This document shows positions 1 to 12,239 of a stretch of 64,000 bases of DNA, piece by piece. This DNA comes from Octopus sinensis (Eukaryota). The stretch covers positions 21,204,001 through 21,268,000 of the forward strand of contig NC_043009.1 of the NCBI RefSeq assembly GCF_006345805.1, in the 5' to 3' direction. The translations under genes and the position numbers were made by a program. Each line of letters opens with the position of its first letter. The first letter of the stretch is position 1. The notes under the pieces were generated by a model that saw only the letters and a list, made by a program, of their open reading frames with translations, was not told where the DNA came from and did no database searches.

Positions 1-1037
1 AGACTGAAGTCACAGTTCTTTGATCTCTTTCCAAACAGTGAGGTTTCCTCAAGAAATGTCTCTGTAATGGAGCTGTGTTTTCATTTATCTTTCTATCTGC
101 AAATAAACGTTGAAAGTGGTGTGTTGTTTTCTCGAAGTGATAGAAATGGAACAAGCTGTTGTGTTCTGTGTGATTTTTGAATGGATGTTTTGTGAGATAT
201 GAGAGCTTGTATAGTAGGTTTTGGTAACTGTTTCTATGACGTCAGCATGATGTGTATGTGTGTGTGTGTGTGTGTATGTATTTGAGTGTTTGTGCATGCA
301 TGTGCATGTGCGTGTGTGTGCATGTGTGCGTGTGTATGTGTGTATGTGTGTGTTTAAGTAGGTTTTTCTCAGAAAAATCATGCAAAACAGAATAAAGACT
401 ACTTTCAGTGCCCCTGGGTATGAGGTTGTTACTCACGAATTTTAGGTTTACAGTCTAAATATACCTTAAATCCTCAAATTAGTCTTTATAATAGAAAAAA
501 ATCAAATAACCTCTACACCACTTCTTTTTGATGAACAATAACGATAGTTTTTAAGAAAATTAAGGTTGTTTTAATCCTCAACTACTACAATAAGGTCAAA
601 TGTATAAATCTTACCACCTTTCTAATTTGGTATGAGATGAAAACCGATAATTAATTCTACTTAATGGGCCTAAATTATACTTTTCTCAAGGACAGTTTCT
701 ATAAAGAACTTCTGATGTTGGAACTATTGATTCTGGATATCATATTGATTTAAATTCTAATCTAACATCCAGCATTTAAAATGGACACCATATCCAAAAC
801 CCAACATATTTTAACAAACCTGTTTAGAAATATTGACACTCATCTATTTACAGAATAAAAACGTTTGTTTCATTGCAAAATTAGACAAGCACAAGAAAAA
901 AACAAACAAAAAAAAAAACAAGGAAATAAACGAAGCATTACACATTTGGAAATCTTGGTAAAAGAAAAGGCAATGAAGGGAGCTGTGAAGATTTTCCCAT
1001 TTGGATAGATGCCTATTTTGACACCATTACCTCTCTC

Positions 1038-1103
<66 letters not shown>

Positions 1104-1107
<4 letters not shown>

Positions 1108-1344
1108 TAATACATTTCTAAATATCTCAGATATATGCAGTAGTGGTATGATAGAGTAGTTGTATACTGTCAGCTTAATGTGACAGTCCCATGAAAGGAA
1201 TCACACTACTGCTTTGACACATTTCCTGTGTCCTTATGTTTACAAGGGGTAGATAAGCACCTCCACCCAGCTAAGCCTGCATCCAGAGACTAGTTTCTGA
1301 GTCTTTGCTCGTCATCAGTCTGGAGTAGCATGGCCTGCTAGTTG
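1104..1344 (-). repeat. Copy 1 of a ~310-bp PLE pseudo-LTR-like repeat containing a hammerhead ribozyme
   Basis: 1104-1283 is a diverged direct repeat of 3094-3314. Removing the 1345-3009 insert and one TSD copy restores a tandem unit of ~310 bp. It is contiguous on the minus strand with the PLE RT relic at 3315-3510. Confidence 0.75.
1282..1324 (-). ncRNA. Minimal type-I hammerhead ribozyme (PLE type)
   Basis: Minus strand reads tccaga-CUGAUGA-c-GAG caaaga CUC-a-GAAA-C UA G-UC^-tctgga. This gives a 6-bp stem I, an intact core, a 3-bp stem II, a palindromic ACUAGU stem III and a GUC cleavage site. Confidence 0.8.
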
Positions 1345-3009
1345 AATATCTTTATTATAGGCACAATGGCCTAAATGAAGAGGGGACATAACAAAACAAT
1401 ACAGTACATGTAACAAAAATACAGAAAGGATGATATGAAATGAAATATTAATAATGAATTAAATGAAATGGCTTACGAGCCCCCCAAAGCTCGCAGTTTC
1501 ATTTACAATTACAGTTGTACTATCTGGGGTGTTCGTCAGTAATGTAAACGAGTTCTATAACGCCAGGCAAACTGTCATATTGAACGTAATGCGTTATGCA
1601 CACAGCTGTATTTGAAAACAAATTTATTAATTTATTTACCGTCTCTTTATCCACAATTGCAGCCTTTATTTGGTTATTGTATATCTTCGGGTTCAATTTC
1701 ACTCTCGTTAGATTTTTCATTATCGCTAATTTTTTCTCAATTTCTTTATCCTTTTTGTACAACATTACAGCTTTGAGATTTCTTCCTTTTAGTCTTCCTC
1801 CTTCCTTGCATGTTTTCAGATATTCTTCCACTTTTGTTGACCATTTTTTCATTTCTTCCCACGTTGAACCTTCACTCACTTTAGTTGCTGTATCTCTCTC
1901 TTCGTGCGTTCGATCCTCTGTCTCGTCGGCAGACTTCTTTTTAGTCTTTTTCCTTTTTTGGTCTTTGGGTGGTGATTCCATCCATGTTCGCTTTCTATCC
2001 TCTTTTTCTTCTGTTCTTTCTTTTTCTTTCTCCTTCACTAACTCGTCGCCACTTTCCACATTATCTGTTCTCACGATTTCCTCTTTCGCTTGCAATTCCA
2101 CATTCTTCTTTTCTAACTCCTCTGTCAAAGCCTCCATTCCTTCCTCCAGTCTTCTCTTGTATTTCTTTTTGAGGACACACATCCTTCATGTGCCCTCTGC
2201 TCTTACATTTATAACACACTGGAGGTCTCCCCTCCACCACGACTCTCAGTCTTGTCTCGTCGGGGAACACCAACTCCTCCGGGATGTTATACAAATCTGG
2301 CATGGTTATGTGGACTGAAGCTTGTACCGCATAACCCCACCAGTTTATTTCTTTCAACTTTTCCACCTTAAGAATGTCCATGCTCTCTTTGCAGTTGTAG
2401 ATTATTGCAGCTACTATTCTTTCGGTATCAAGTTTCGGTGGGATTTTACTTATTCGTATCATCACTGCTCTTTTTCCCCAATAGCTAGGAAGTAAAACCC
2501 ATTTTTCCAATCTCAACACTGTCATTGCGTTCCTCTTTGCTTCGTCTTCATTTTCAAAACGAACGTCTACCGTAGTGTATTTTCTACCTCTATTGTAGAA
2601 GGTAGTTCTTCCTTTAATTTCCTGTAGACATTTCTCAATCTCTTCCACCTCTGCTACTTCTATTCTCTTTGAGACCACATTCTACGTTCTGTATGTTATG
2701 ATTTTTTCCCCCCGCTTCTTTCACTTCATCTTCAGGTGGTGTAACCCTCAGACAGTCACCTTCCTTCTTGAAGCTGTCGTAGTATTTCCTCAAATTTTCC
2801 TTCTCGACAAATATTTCTTCCAACTGTAATTCGTTCACAGCCAGGCCTTTGCCTGCTGCTCCCGCATAAGTTTGGGCTTGCATACCCAACAAAAAATCCA
2901 ACAATTCAACACGATGCAACAGTTCTCAACAACAATAATCAACAAATCCAACGCACAACTGCAAATCCGACAAACCGACACAAACACTTCCCTGAACCTG
3001 ATAGTTGAG
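1345..3009 (-). mobile_element. ORF1-only non-autonomous retroposon (HAL1-like, Tx1/L1-derived) with 15-bp TSD
   Basis: Exact direct repeat ATGGCCTGCTAGTTG at 1330-1344 and 3010-3024. It contains one ORF1-type reading frame with a CCHC knuckle, no endonuclease or RT, and a 3' UTR with a hairpin and AATAAA. Confidence 0.8.
1520..2883 (-). pseudogene. LINE ORF1 (gag-like; RRM-like region, CX2CX4HX4C knuckle, charged C-terminus), two frameshifts
   Basis: ORF pieces 2635-2919, 2061-2678 (CYKCKSRGHMKDVC) and 1520-2182 join with frameshifts near 2700 and 2165. The translation aligns with the ORF1 at 51690-52240 (IEKCL, RFE, VLLPxYxG, VEGxxPxC). Confidence 0.8.
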
Positions 3010-3024
3010 ATGGCCTGCTAGTTG

Positions 3025-3314
3025 GAGATGCCTATCTAGCCCTTGTAAACATGTAAGAATTCTAGTGAAATAAATCCACTGATTACAAAAATAGAAATAA
3101 TACATTTCTAAATATCTCAGAGAGATATATGCAGTAGTGGTACAATAGAGTAGTTGTATACTGTCAACTTAATGTAACAGTCCCATGAAGGGAATCACAC
3201 TACTGCTATTTAGCCCTAGGAAGCAGCAACGCTTCCTGTCAGCCTTGACACATTTCCTGTGTCCTTATGTTTACCAGGAGGAGATAAGCACCTCCACCCA
3301 GCTAAGCCTGCATC
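3025..3314 (-). repeat. Copy 2 (partial) of the PLE pseudo-LTR-like repeat
   Basis: 3094-3314 matches 1104-1283 apart from a ~33-bp indel. 3025-3093 is the remainder of the unit split by the insertion. Confidence 0.7.
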
Positions 3315-3510
3315 TTGTGGGGGTACTTTTACTACTATGGTGATATCATCGACTTAGCAATAGTACATGTTCATGAGTATGGAGTTCTGTGTCAGGCGTT
3401 CTTTAAGCTTCCTGTCCCACCATACCATGAAAAGGTTGGCCACATCACTGGTGATGCTAACCCTGATGGCCTGTTTACGTTTAGTATGTCTTTTTGCAAA
3501 AAAAATTTTA
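3315..3510 (-). pseudogene. Penelope-like reverse transcriptase fragment
   Basis: Minus-strand translation KQAIRVSITSDVANLFMVWWDRKLKERL...MYYC*VDDITIV matches PLE RT motifs B' (ANLFM) and C (YVDD, decayed). Confidence 0.7.
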
Positions 3511-4169
3511 TTTTTTAATTCTGGAAATACTCTACTCATGTAATTTATGCACCCGCTAAAGTTTATTTCTATTTTGGGAAAAATAAGTGCGTAAATCACA
3601 TGGGTTTTTACGGTATATGACTTGAGATGAAATGAACTGGTAAGTGACAATTTATTCTCTGTTATAAAACACAATGATTGCCATACATGAAACAAAATAA
3701 ATATAAATAAAGATTACAATAAAGATGTGTGAGAGACTTCATGGTTAGGCTGGACTGCTGATCTTGTAGACAAAGTTGACGTACTGTTTGGTGGTGTGGA
3801 GAGGCAGCCTTTGGTGTGTTGGTCATGTAGTGTTCATACAGCAACAATGTATACAGGCGTCTGGTGTAGATGAAAGTGGAGACTGGCTGTTGTCAGGTAC
3901 ATCATTGTCAGAGAGGAGTTGCATGTGGTCAGTGGTGTGTGCTAAAGGCCTAGAGCAGTTGAGAATAGTAGGCTCCCAGGAACTGGTGATTAATTTCCTG
4001 TGTAAGGACAAATGAACTGTTGTGCCACCATGATTGGATGGCTGCAAACTGACCAATACAAACAACGGGTTCGTTTATTCACAAGATCAAGTGACCTGCT
4101 CGGATGAAAAGGGTTCGGGAGCTGATATCCTGGTATTTAAGCCTAGATGAGTCAAAACGAAAACATCTT

Positions 4170-4620
4170 ACACATAATGACAGTGTAAATTACTTCTGCT
4201 ACATGTGTATACAGACAACAATTCTACATGGTAGTGAGATGTGGGTCCTGAATGGAGAGGACGTGTGAAGGTTAGAAAGGAATGAGGTTAGTATGCTCCA
4301 CTGGATATGTAATGTAAGTGTACATGTTCGACACAGTGATAGTGTTTTGAGAGAGAAGTCAGGCGTCAGAGGAATTAGTTGCTGTGTGCAAGAGAGAAGA
4401 CTGCACTGGTTTGGTCATGTGATGCAGATGGATGCTAATACTTCCATAAAGAAGTGCCAATCTCTTGACGTAAATGGAACACATGGAACTAGGAGGCCCA
4501 GAAAGGCATGGGACAAAGTACTGAAGAAGAATCTCAGAATGCTGAATCTCTCAGGCAAGATGACAAAGGACTGAGATGCCTGGTACCATTCTGTATTCAC
4601 AAAGACCTCTCCTCCCCAGC
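4170..4620 (+). mobile_element. RTE-clade LINE fragment (C-terminal RT region), degenerate
   Basis: Translation LHWICNVS...RGISCCVQERRLHWFGHV...RRPRKAW is homologous to the ORF at 10214-10852. Confidence 0.75.
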
Positions 4621-4684
4621 AGAAGTGTTAAGACCAGTTCTTCCTCTGGCAGCGTAAAGCACTCATGGTAGTGCCACGTAAAAA

Positions 4685-4741
<57 letters not shown>

Positions 4742-5059
4742 AAACAAATTAAAAAAGGAAAATATCCACACTTTACATAGTTTTACTATAATTTTTAATA
4801 TATCGATTGGTTTCACTTTTGCTATTCATGATGTTATGGTTTACTTACTTGAATACGTATTTCCTTATGAAGAAACTTTTTGTCCATGTTGTGTGTGATG
4901 ATATTTATGAGTGAATGACTTCACAAGCAGAAAAATAAGGGGAGATAATTGGTTATCGTTATAAGGGAGATAACAGTTCAGCTTTCGATAAGGGGAGGGG
5001 AATATGTACACACAAAATAAAAGTTTCGAAAAACTTGTTTAGTGAGGGCATTTATGTAC

Positions 5060-5690
5060 AGTGATGTAATCATGGTGATGACCAAGACCTTTGGAAAGAT
5101 GTGCTTGAGAAGACCTGGCAAACCAAGTGAGACCATAACCCGTGGCCTATGCCAGGGTTGTAACCAGCCCACTTATGCATACCTTTTCTTCATTGGACAC
5201 TAAACTCTGCTTGCTAAGACCTGTTGAGGCAAGTGGAATTGAAACTGAAATCAAATTTGATGACTGGCATTCATGCTAGTGGAGTGCTAAGAGTACCATA
5301 TGAGCGTGATCGTTGCCAGAGCAGCTGAGTGGCTTCTGTGCTGGTGGCAGGTAAAAAGCACCATTCGAGTGTGATCGTTACAAGTGTCACCTTACTGGCA
5401 CGTGAAAAAGTATTCAAGCGAGATCGTTACCAGTGCCGCTGGACTGGCTCCTGTGCAGGTGGAACGTAAAAAACACCATTTGAGTGTGGCCGTTGCCTGT
5501 ACCACCTGACTGGCACATAAAAGCACCCACTACAGTGGTTGGCATTAGGAAGGGCATCTAGCTGTAGAAACTCTGTCAGGTCAGACTGGAGCCTGGTGCA
5601 GCCATCTGGTTCACCAGTCCCCAGTCAAATTGTTCAACCTATGCTAGCATGGAAAGCCGATGTTAAACGATGATGATGATGATGATGATG
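5060..5690 (+). mobile_element. RTE LINE 3' end/3' UTR with (GAT)n tail
   Basis: Diverged match to the reverse complement of 9578-10260. Ends gttaaacgatgatgatgat. Confidence 0.75.
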
Positions 5691-6189
5691 AAGATATATA
5701 AACATACAGACACACTTTATACATACACACACACACATGCGTATAAATCTACTGAGGGTGACAGACCAAATATGTAGCTGCTGCAAGTTTCATTCAAAAA
5801 TAGGGTGTCGTGGCAGTGAAATAGTTCCACAGATAGAAGCAGAATAGCTTTGAGTCAGAGCTGCAAAGATTAGGAGAAAGCAGGCATCGAAGGATTTGTA
5901 AGAAAAGAAGATTGGTGTCAGGCATACTTAGTAAGAGGAGAAACCAAAAATAAGTTTGCCAGTGTTTGCAGATGTGAGGAGCAGGTGTGTGAGGTATTAT
6001 GCATTGGAAGGGGGTATATGAGAAAAAATTGTGATTTCTTTAGAGAGAAGAATGTACAATGATAATGGTATCTAACTCTTACAGACATTGAAAAAAAGAG
6101 ACATGGAAATGTTATTATGAGAAACTTTTGGATGAGGAGAATTTCAAGGTAAAAAAGGGATTTATCTCAAGTAGAGCTGACAATGAGAC

Positions 6190-6420
6190 CAACCATTCAG
6201 GTGTACAGCAGTCTTAGTGAATATAGGGATTAAGGAGCTGAAGGCTGAAACAGGACCTGGTATATCAGGAATTACTGCTGATGTGTTTAAAATGTCTGAC
6301 AAAATGGGACATGGGTTAGTCTCCTAGTCACACACTAGCTGGTATACTAGCATCATTATCAACTACTACAAGAAACAAGGAGATATGCTAGACAGGAGTA
6401 ACTACAGTCGTATGAAGTAC
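6190..6420 (+). mobile_element. Old RTE RT relic
   Basis: Decayed GPGISGITAD...INYYKKQGDMLDRSNY motif, resembling RTE RT domains 0/1. Confidence 0.45.
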
Positions 6421-7463
6421 TTCCCTCTACTCCAGAAAAGCTCATTCTATTACACTTCTTTATTTTATTAAACAAGGGGCTGTTTTTAATTAATAGCGCA
6501 CAGCTTTAAACAATTATTTTATTTGTCACAAACCTCATGAGATTATTCAGAGAATTACCTAGAAATGCTGTGATGATACACAACTAGTTTGTTAGGCTTC
6601 TCTGCTGATTCTGTTTTCCAATTTCTGTTTTCCTCTTTGGTACTAGAACCACTTAAGCCTATATAATCTCTCAACATGTTATATTAATATGGCTTTTCTT
6701 ATATGCAGGGTGTATCTTTCTCAAGCAACATTTCTTTCATGATATAACTACTCTTACATTGATGGGATCACTTTGAGACTGAGGTACAGGGTACCTAGCT
6801 TATACAGAACAAAATGGGTATTTGGGATTGAGAAATGGGAGATGTAAAAGGACAATGGATGCATAAGCAGAAAGGGATTCTTAAATGAAATTATCTGGTG
6901 ACGGTTACTAGAAAATGTTTGTCTTAAAAACACAAGTTATAAGAGCTATTGACACATCTCTACTAAGAAATAATGTAACCTAATTAATTACACATATATG
7001 TATATACATGCATATATACAAACACACACAACAAAATAAAATCTATGTTATATATTAAGACAATGAAAACAATATAACATTTTATTTTCTTATGTGTGTG
7101 TGTTTGTATGTATATATATAATACATACGTATATACATACATAGAAACACACACACATGTAGCAAAATAAAATACATGTGTTATATTGTTTTCATTGTCA
7201 TTGTTTTAATGACCACTTTTTGATGCTAGCATGGGTCAGACAGGATTTGCTGAGGCAGATTCTCTGAGATTCAATGCTCTTTCTGTTACCAATGCTCACC
7301 TATTTCCAGTCTAAGTACAATTTCCCTTTTGAACATAAAAATCACACAAAAGCCAGACATTTTTGCCACTTTGAATGATAGTGAATTTCTTCACAGTTAG
7401 CATACAATGTTGATATAAGTATTTAAGTTGGTACTAACACACACGCACACACAAACACTCACA

Positions 7464-7507
<44 letters not shown>

Positions 7508-7659
7508 TATGCATACCCAGAAGCTCCCTAGAGATAGTGGATAGTTTCTGTTTCCTAGTTGACAGCAGTGGAGGAGATTATTCTGAACAAGAACAGAAGT
7601 TTCTTGAATAACAATGGGGCTGGAAAAATGTTGAGAGAGCTTTTATCTCAGTTGATAAC

Positions 7660-8090
7660 TTTTGTTGCCAACAGAGTGGTAAGCAAGTTGTAGGGTGCGT
7701 GTGTATGAACAGCAGTGCTAAATGGTTGTGAGATGTGAAAGCAGAGGACGTGAAGATTAGAAAGAAATGAAGCTAACACCATTAGGTTGTATGAATCATA
7801 AAGTACAAAAGTGTTGAGAGAAAAATTGGGCATAAGAAGAATCAGATGTAGTGTGCAAAAGAGAGAATTCTATGCTGGTTTGGTCATGTGATGCATGTAG
7901 CCGAGGGCAACTGTATAAAAGTGCTGGTCCCTTAAGGTGGATGAAAGTTGTAGAAGCAATAGAGCAAGGAAGATGTGGGTCAAAGTAGTAAAAACTTATC
8001 TCAGGAATTTGAATCTCATTGGGGGAGGTGATTAAGATGACAGGTGATATGAGGTGCTTGAGAAGATCCACATGGCTCTCTTCATGAAAC
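7660..8090 (+). mobile_element. RTE LINE fragment, degenerate
   Basis: DNA similarity to 4200-4570 (gaggacgtgaagattagaaagaaatgaag...tggtttggtcatgtgatgc). Confidence 0.6.
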
Positions 8091-8114
8091 TGAGCTTCTT
8101 GATACATAATGTGT

Positions 8115-8497
8115 AAGTAGCTTGCTTATGAACAACATGGTTCCGGGTTCAGTCTCAGTGCATGGCACCTTGGGCAAGTGTCTTCTACTATAGCCTCGGG
8201 CCGACCAAAGCCTTGTGAGTGGATTTGGTAGACGAAAACTGAAAGAAGCCTATCATATATATGTATATATACATGTGTATGTGTGTGTATATATTTGTGT
8301 GTCTGTGTTTGTCCCCCAAACATTGCTTGACAACCGATGCTGGTGTGTTTACATCTCCGTAACTTAGCAGTTTGGCACAAGAGACCGATAGAATAAGTAT
8401 TAGGCTTACAAAGAATAAGTCCTGGGGTTGATTTGCTTGACTAAAGGTGGTGCTCCAGCATGGCGACAGTCAAATGATTGAAACAAGTAAAAGAGTA
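8115..8497 (+). mobile_element. tRNA-derived CORE-type SINE
   Basis: B-box-like ggttccgggttcagtc, core gcaccttgggcaagtgtc, and tail ggtgctccagcatggcgacagtcaaatgattgaaacaagtaaaagag. Homologous to 45395-45801 and 47555-47942. Confidence 0.8.
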
Positions 8498-9577
8498 TAC
8501 AAATAACTGGGCCCTTTGCTCAATTTTCTTATCAAGTCTTTCCCTCCACCATTTCATCTCTCTATCACTTTCTTAACTGCAGTATTCTGCTGTTGTAATT
8601 AAATGAGGGCAAAACTACACAATTTATCATCTTTTCTGTGATACCAATTAGCTCTCTCACTATCTGGAATTACTTCCTTTGACATCCCTCTTTCATTCTT
8701 GACAGAGTCCCTCCCTACTCAAATTGTTACATCATTTACCACCACTGCATCTTCTATGCAAATTATCTCTTCTTCACTGAATCACTCCCAGTTCAACTCC
8801 CCCATCATCAGATATTCTGTACTCTCACCTCATACTAGGACTGTCTCTCACTACTTACACTCTTCCGGTGTACTTTCCAACATATTTTCCCCCTTTTCTT
8901 CATCCTTCTTTTGCATTACCATTCTGCTGCTCTTCACCCCTTCTGTACAGCCAGTCAGTACCTACTTTTCCCTCCCTTCCATCCAACTTGATAATCACCA
9001 CTCTCTGCCTTAATCCTTGTTCATAATTCTGTAACACCTATCCCATCTCTAATGACCACTACCCTCTGTAGTCTCTTGCAACCTCTACCCACCGATTCTT
9101 TCCACTCCCACCAAGGCCTACTCTAACACCTCATCGCCTCTATCTTTATCTTTCTTTCCAGTTCCACACCAATCACTACCACTCATTCTTGTATATTGTA
9201 AGCAGCCATCTATCTCTTCTATAACAAGAAACCTGTTCTGGCTCCTTTATATTCTAACTTTACATCTTCTAGCATTTCTATCTACTATATAGGTCCACTC
9301 TGTCAATGGGTATCTTGGTCTTGTGAACTTCATGGTAATCTTACTAGTGCTGGATCCATTGAATGAATATAACACCCAGGACACTGTAAAATGATTGGCA
9401 TTAGAAAGGTCAACCAGCTGTGGGAATCATACCAAAACATATACTGGAGTAGGATGCAGTTTCCCACTCCAAGGGATCCTGCCAAACTATCAAGCCTGTG
9501 CCAGCATGGAAGATGGACATTAAAAAATATGTTGCTGATCACACACACACAGTGAGTGTGTGTGTATATATATATAT

Positions 9578-11239
9578 CATCATCATCATCATCATCGTTT
9601 AACGTCCGCTTTCCATGCTAGCATGGGTTGGACGGTTCAACTGGGGTCTGGCAAGCCCGAAGGCTGCACCAGGCCAGTCAGATCTGGCAGTGTTTCTACA
9701 GCTGGATGCCCTTCCTAACGCCAACCACTCCGAGAGTGTAGTGGGTGATTTTATGTGCCACCGACACAGGTGCCAGACGAGGCTGGCAGACGGCCACGCT
9801 CGGATGGTGTTTTTTTTTTATGTGCCACCGACACAGGTGCCAGACGAGGCTGGCTGACGGCCACGCTCGGATGGTGTTTTCTTATGTGTCACCGACACAG
9901 GTGCCAGACGGGGCTGGCGGACGGCCACGCTCGGATGGTGTTTGTTATGTGCCCTCAGCACGGAGGCCAGTCGTTGCGGTACTGGCTACGATCACGTTCG
10001 GATGGTTTTCTTATGTGCCACCGGCACTGGTACCACAAGGATACAAATTCCATTGATGTTCATCTATTTTGATTTGGTTCGATTTGATTTGATTTGATTT
10101 GATTTGATTCGATTCTCACTTGCCTCAACAGGTCTTCACAAGTGTCACAAGAAGGAAGGTATGCACAGGTGGACTGACTACGTCCCAGGTAGGGGCCACG
10201 GATTATGGCTTCACTAGTCTTGCCGGGTCTTCTCACGCACAGCATACTTCCATAGGTCTCGGTCTCTAGTCATTTCCATGGTGAGACCTAACGTCCGAAG
10301 GTCGTGCTTCACCACTTCGTCCCAGGTTTTCCTGGGTCTACCTCTTCCACGGGTTCCCTCAACTGCTAGGGATTGACACTTTCTCACACACCTATCTTCA
10401 TCCATTCTCGCCACATGACCATACCAGCGCAATCGTCTCTCTTGCACACAACTGATGCTTCTTAGGTACAACATTTCTCTCAAGGTACTAACGCTCTGTC
10501 GATTAAGTACACTGACATTACACATCCATCGGAGCATACTGGCTTCGTTCCTCACAAGCTTACGCATGTCCTCAGCAGTCACGGCCCATGTTTCACTGCC
10601 ATGTAGCATAGCTGTTCGTACACATGCATCATACAGTCTGCCTTTTACTCTGAGCGAGAGGCCTTTAGTCACCAGCAGAGGTAAGAGCTCCCTAAACTTT
10701 GCCCAGGCTATTCTTATTCTAGCAGTTACACTTTCAGCGCACCCGCCCCCACTACTGACTTGGTCACCTAGATAGCGGAAGCTATCAACTACTTCTAGTT
10801 TTTCCCCTCGGAAAGTGACGGAAGTTGTTTTCTGCAGATTTTCGGAGGTCAATGCTCCAGAGCATCTGCCACATACAAAAACTATCTTCCCAGTTAGCCT
10901 ACCTTTGACATTGCTGCACCTCTTATGTGTCCATAGCTTACACTGGGTACATCTTATAGAGTTTCTACCTACACCTTTTCTACAGATCGAGCAGGGCCAT
11001 CTTCCTGAGGATATTTGTGGATTTTTTAACTTTCTACTATTAGTACTTTGGTTTTAGCTAGGTTGACTCTAAGGCCCCTCGATTCTAAACCCTCCTTCCA
11101 CACCTGGAACTTCTCCTCCAGTTCTGATAGTGACTCAGCGATTAGAGCGAGGTCGTCAGCATAGAGGAGCTCCCAGGGGCAACCTGTCTTGAATTCCTCC
11201 ACAATTGCCTGGAGGACTATGATAAATAGGAGGGGGCTG

Positions 11240-11240
<1 letters not shown>
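9578..11240 (-). mobile_element. 5'-truncated RTE-clade LINE with 3' UTR minisatellite and (GAT)n tail
   Basis: RT translation PLLFIIVLQ...CPWELLYADDLALIA at ~11130-11240, C-terminal ORF at 10214-10852, and tail (CAT)n on the plus strand at 9578. Both ends are flanked by (AT)n. Confidence 0.9.
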
Positions 11241-11270
<30 letters not shown>

Positions 11271-11404
11271 GGGTGTGAATGTGTGTGAATTACATTTATT
11301 GTAGGTTACTTATAGTCGAGTTGAAATATAAATAGTAAATGTACAACAGAATGAGAGAGAGAGAGAGGGAGGAGAGAGAGAGAGGGAGAGAGAGAGTATA
11401 AATA

Positions 11405-11620
11405 TAATTATTTTCTACTCTAGGCACAAGGCCCGGAATTTTTGGGGAGGGGGCCAGTTGATTAGATTGACCCCAGTACGCAACTGGTACTTAATTTATC
11501 AAACCCGAAAAGATGAAAGGCAAAGTTGACCTTGGCAGAATTTGAACTCAGAATGTAAAGACATATGAATCACCGCTAAGCATTTTGCCCGGCGTGCTAA
11601 CGTTTCTGCCAGCTCACCAT
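11405..11620 (-). mobile_element. tRNA-derived SINE with Meta-domain-like core
   Basis: Minus strand has a tRNA-like head (gagctggcagaaacgttagc...tctgagttcaaattctgcc) followed by ggtcaactttgcctttcatcttttcgggtttgataaattaagtaccag, which resembles the MetaSINE domain. Confidence 0.65.
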
Positions 11621-11968
11621 CCTAAAAACTATAATAATTAAAACATTAGAGCCTGTACATCAGGTATCCAACTGTGTAGTCTTGCTCTCATGTATGCAAT
11701 CGTTTTATTTGCAACTTCCATTTTGTTTAAAATGTAAATGCATTAGATTGCAGTCAAATTAGATCATTAATTGGGACAAGTTTTTAGAAAACAAAAAAAG
11801 AAGTGAAGTAAATAATGACACCAATTTGCTCCACTTATTTTGGAGAGATCTACGATAGTATTATTGACAGTAACTGAGTAAGCTAAGGTCGTTTAGAGTT
11901 TCATACTGAGTCGGTGTATAATATCAGTATAAAAGAAAAAAAGGACAATAGCCTTTTTAAAAGTAGGA

Positions 11969-12065
<97 letters not shown>

Positions 12066-12239
12066 CTATGCTATTAAGTAATCCAGTGTGTTACCATTAC
12101 TGCCTAACAAGATTAAAATGTTTTTTTTTCCCCATTTGTCTTTCTTTCAGAAAGAAAACTGTGTTAACTTCAGCTCTTTCCAATGAGTTAGTAATATGAA
12201 TGTACACATATACAAGCATACACACACACACATATACTT

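Noticed and set aside
1596-2318. 240-aa hydrophobic ORF on the plus strand that looks like a membrane protein
   Set aside because: It is the antisense shadow of the Lys/Glu-rich ORF1 on the minus strand.
3662-4065. Several 60-80 aa ORFs in GC-balanced unique-looking sequence
   Set aside because: No recognisable motifs, frames overlap on both strands, and there is no consistent splice structure.
9749-9945. Regularly spaced repeats resembling a CRISPR array
   Set aside because: Whole ~63-bp units are repeated with no unique spacers, the context is eukaryotic, and it is part of an RTE 3' UTR.
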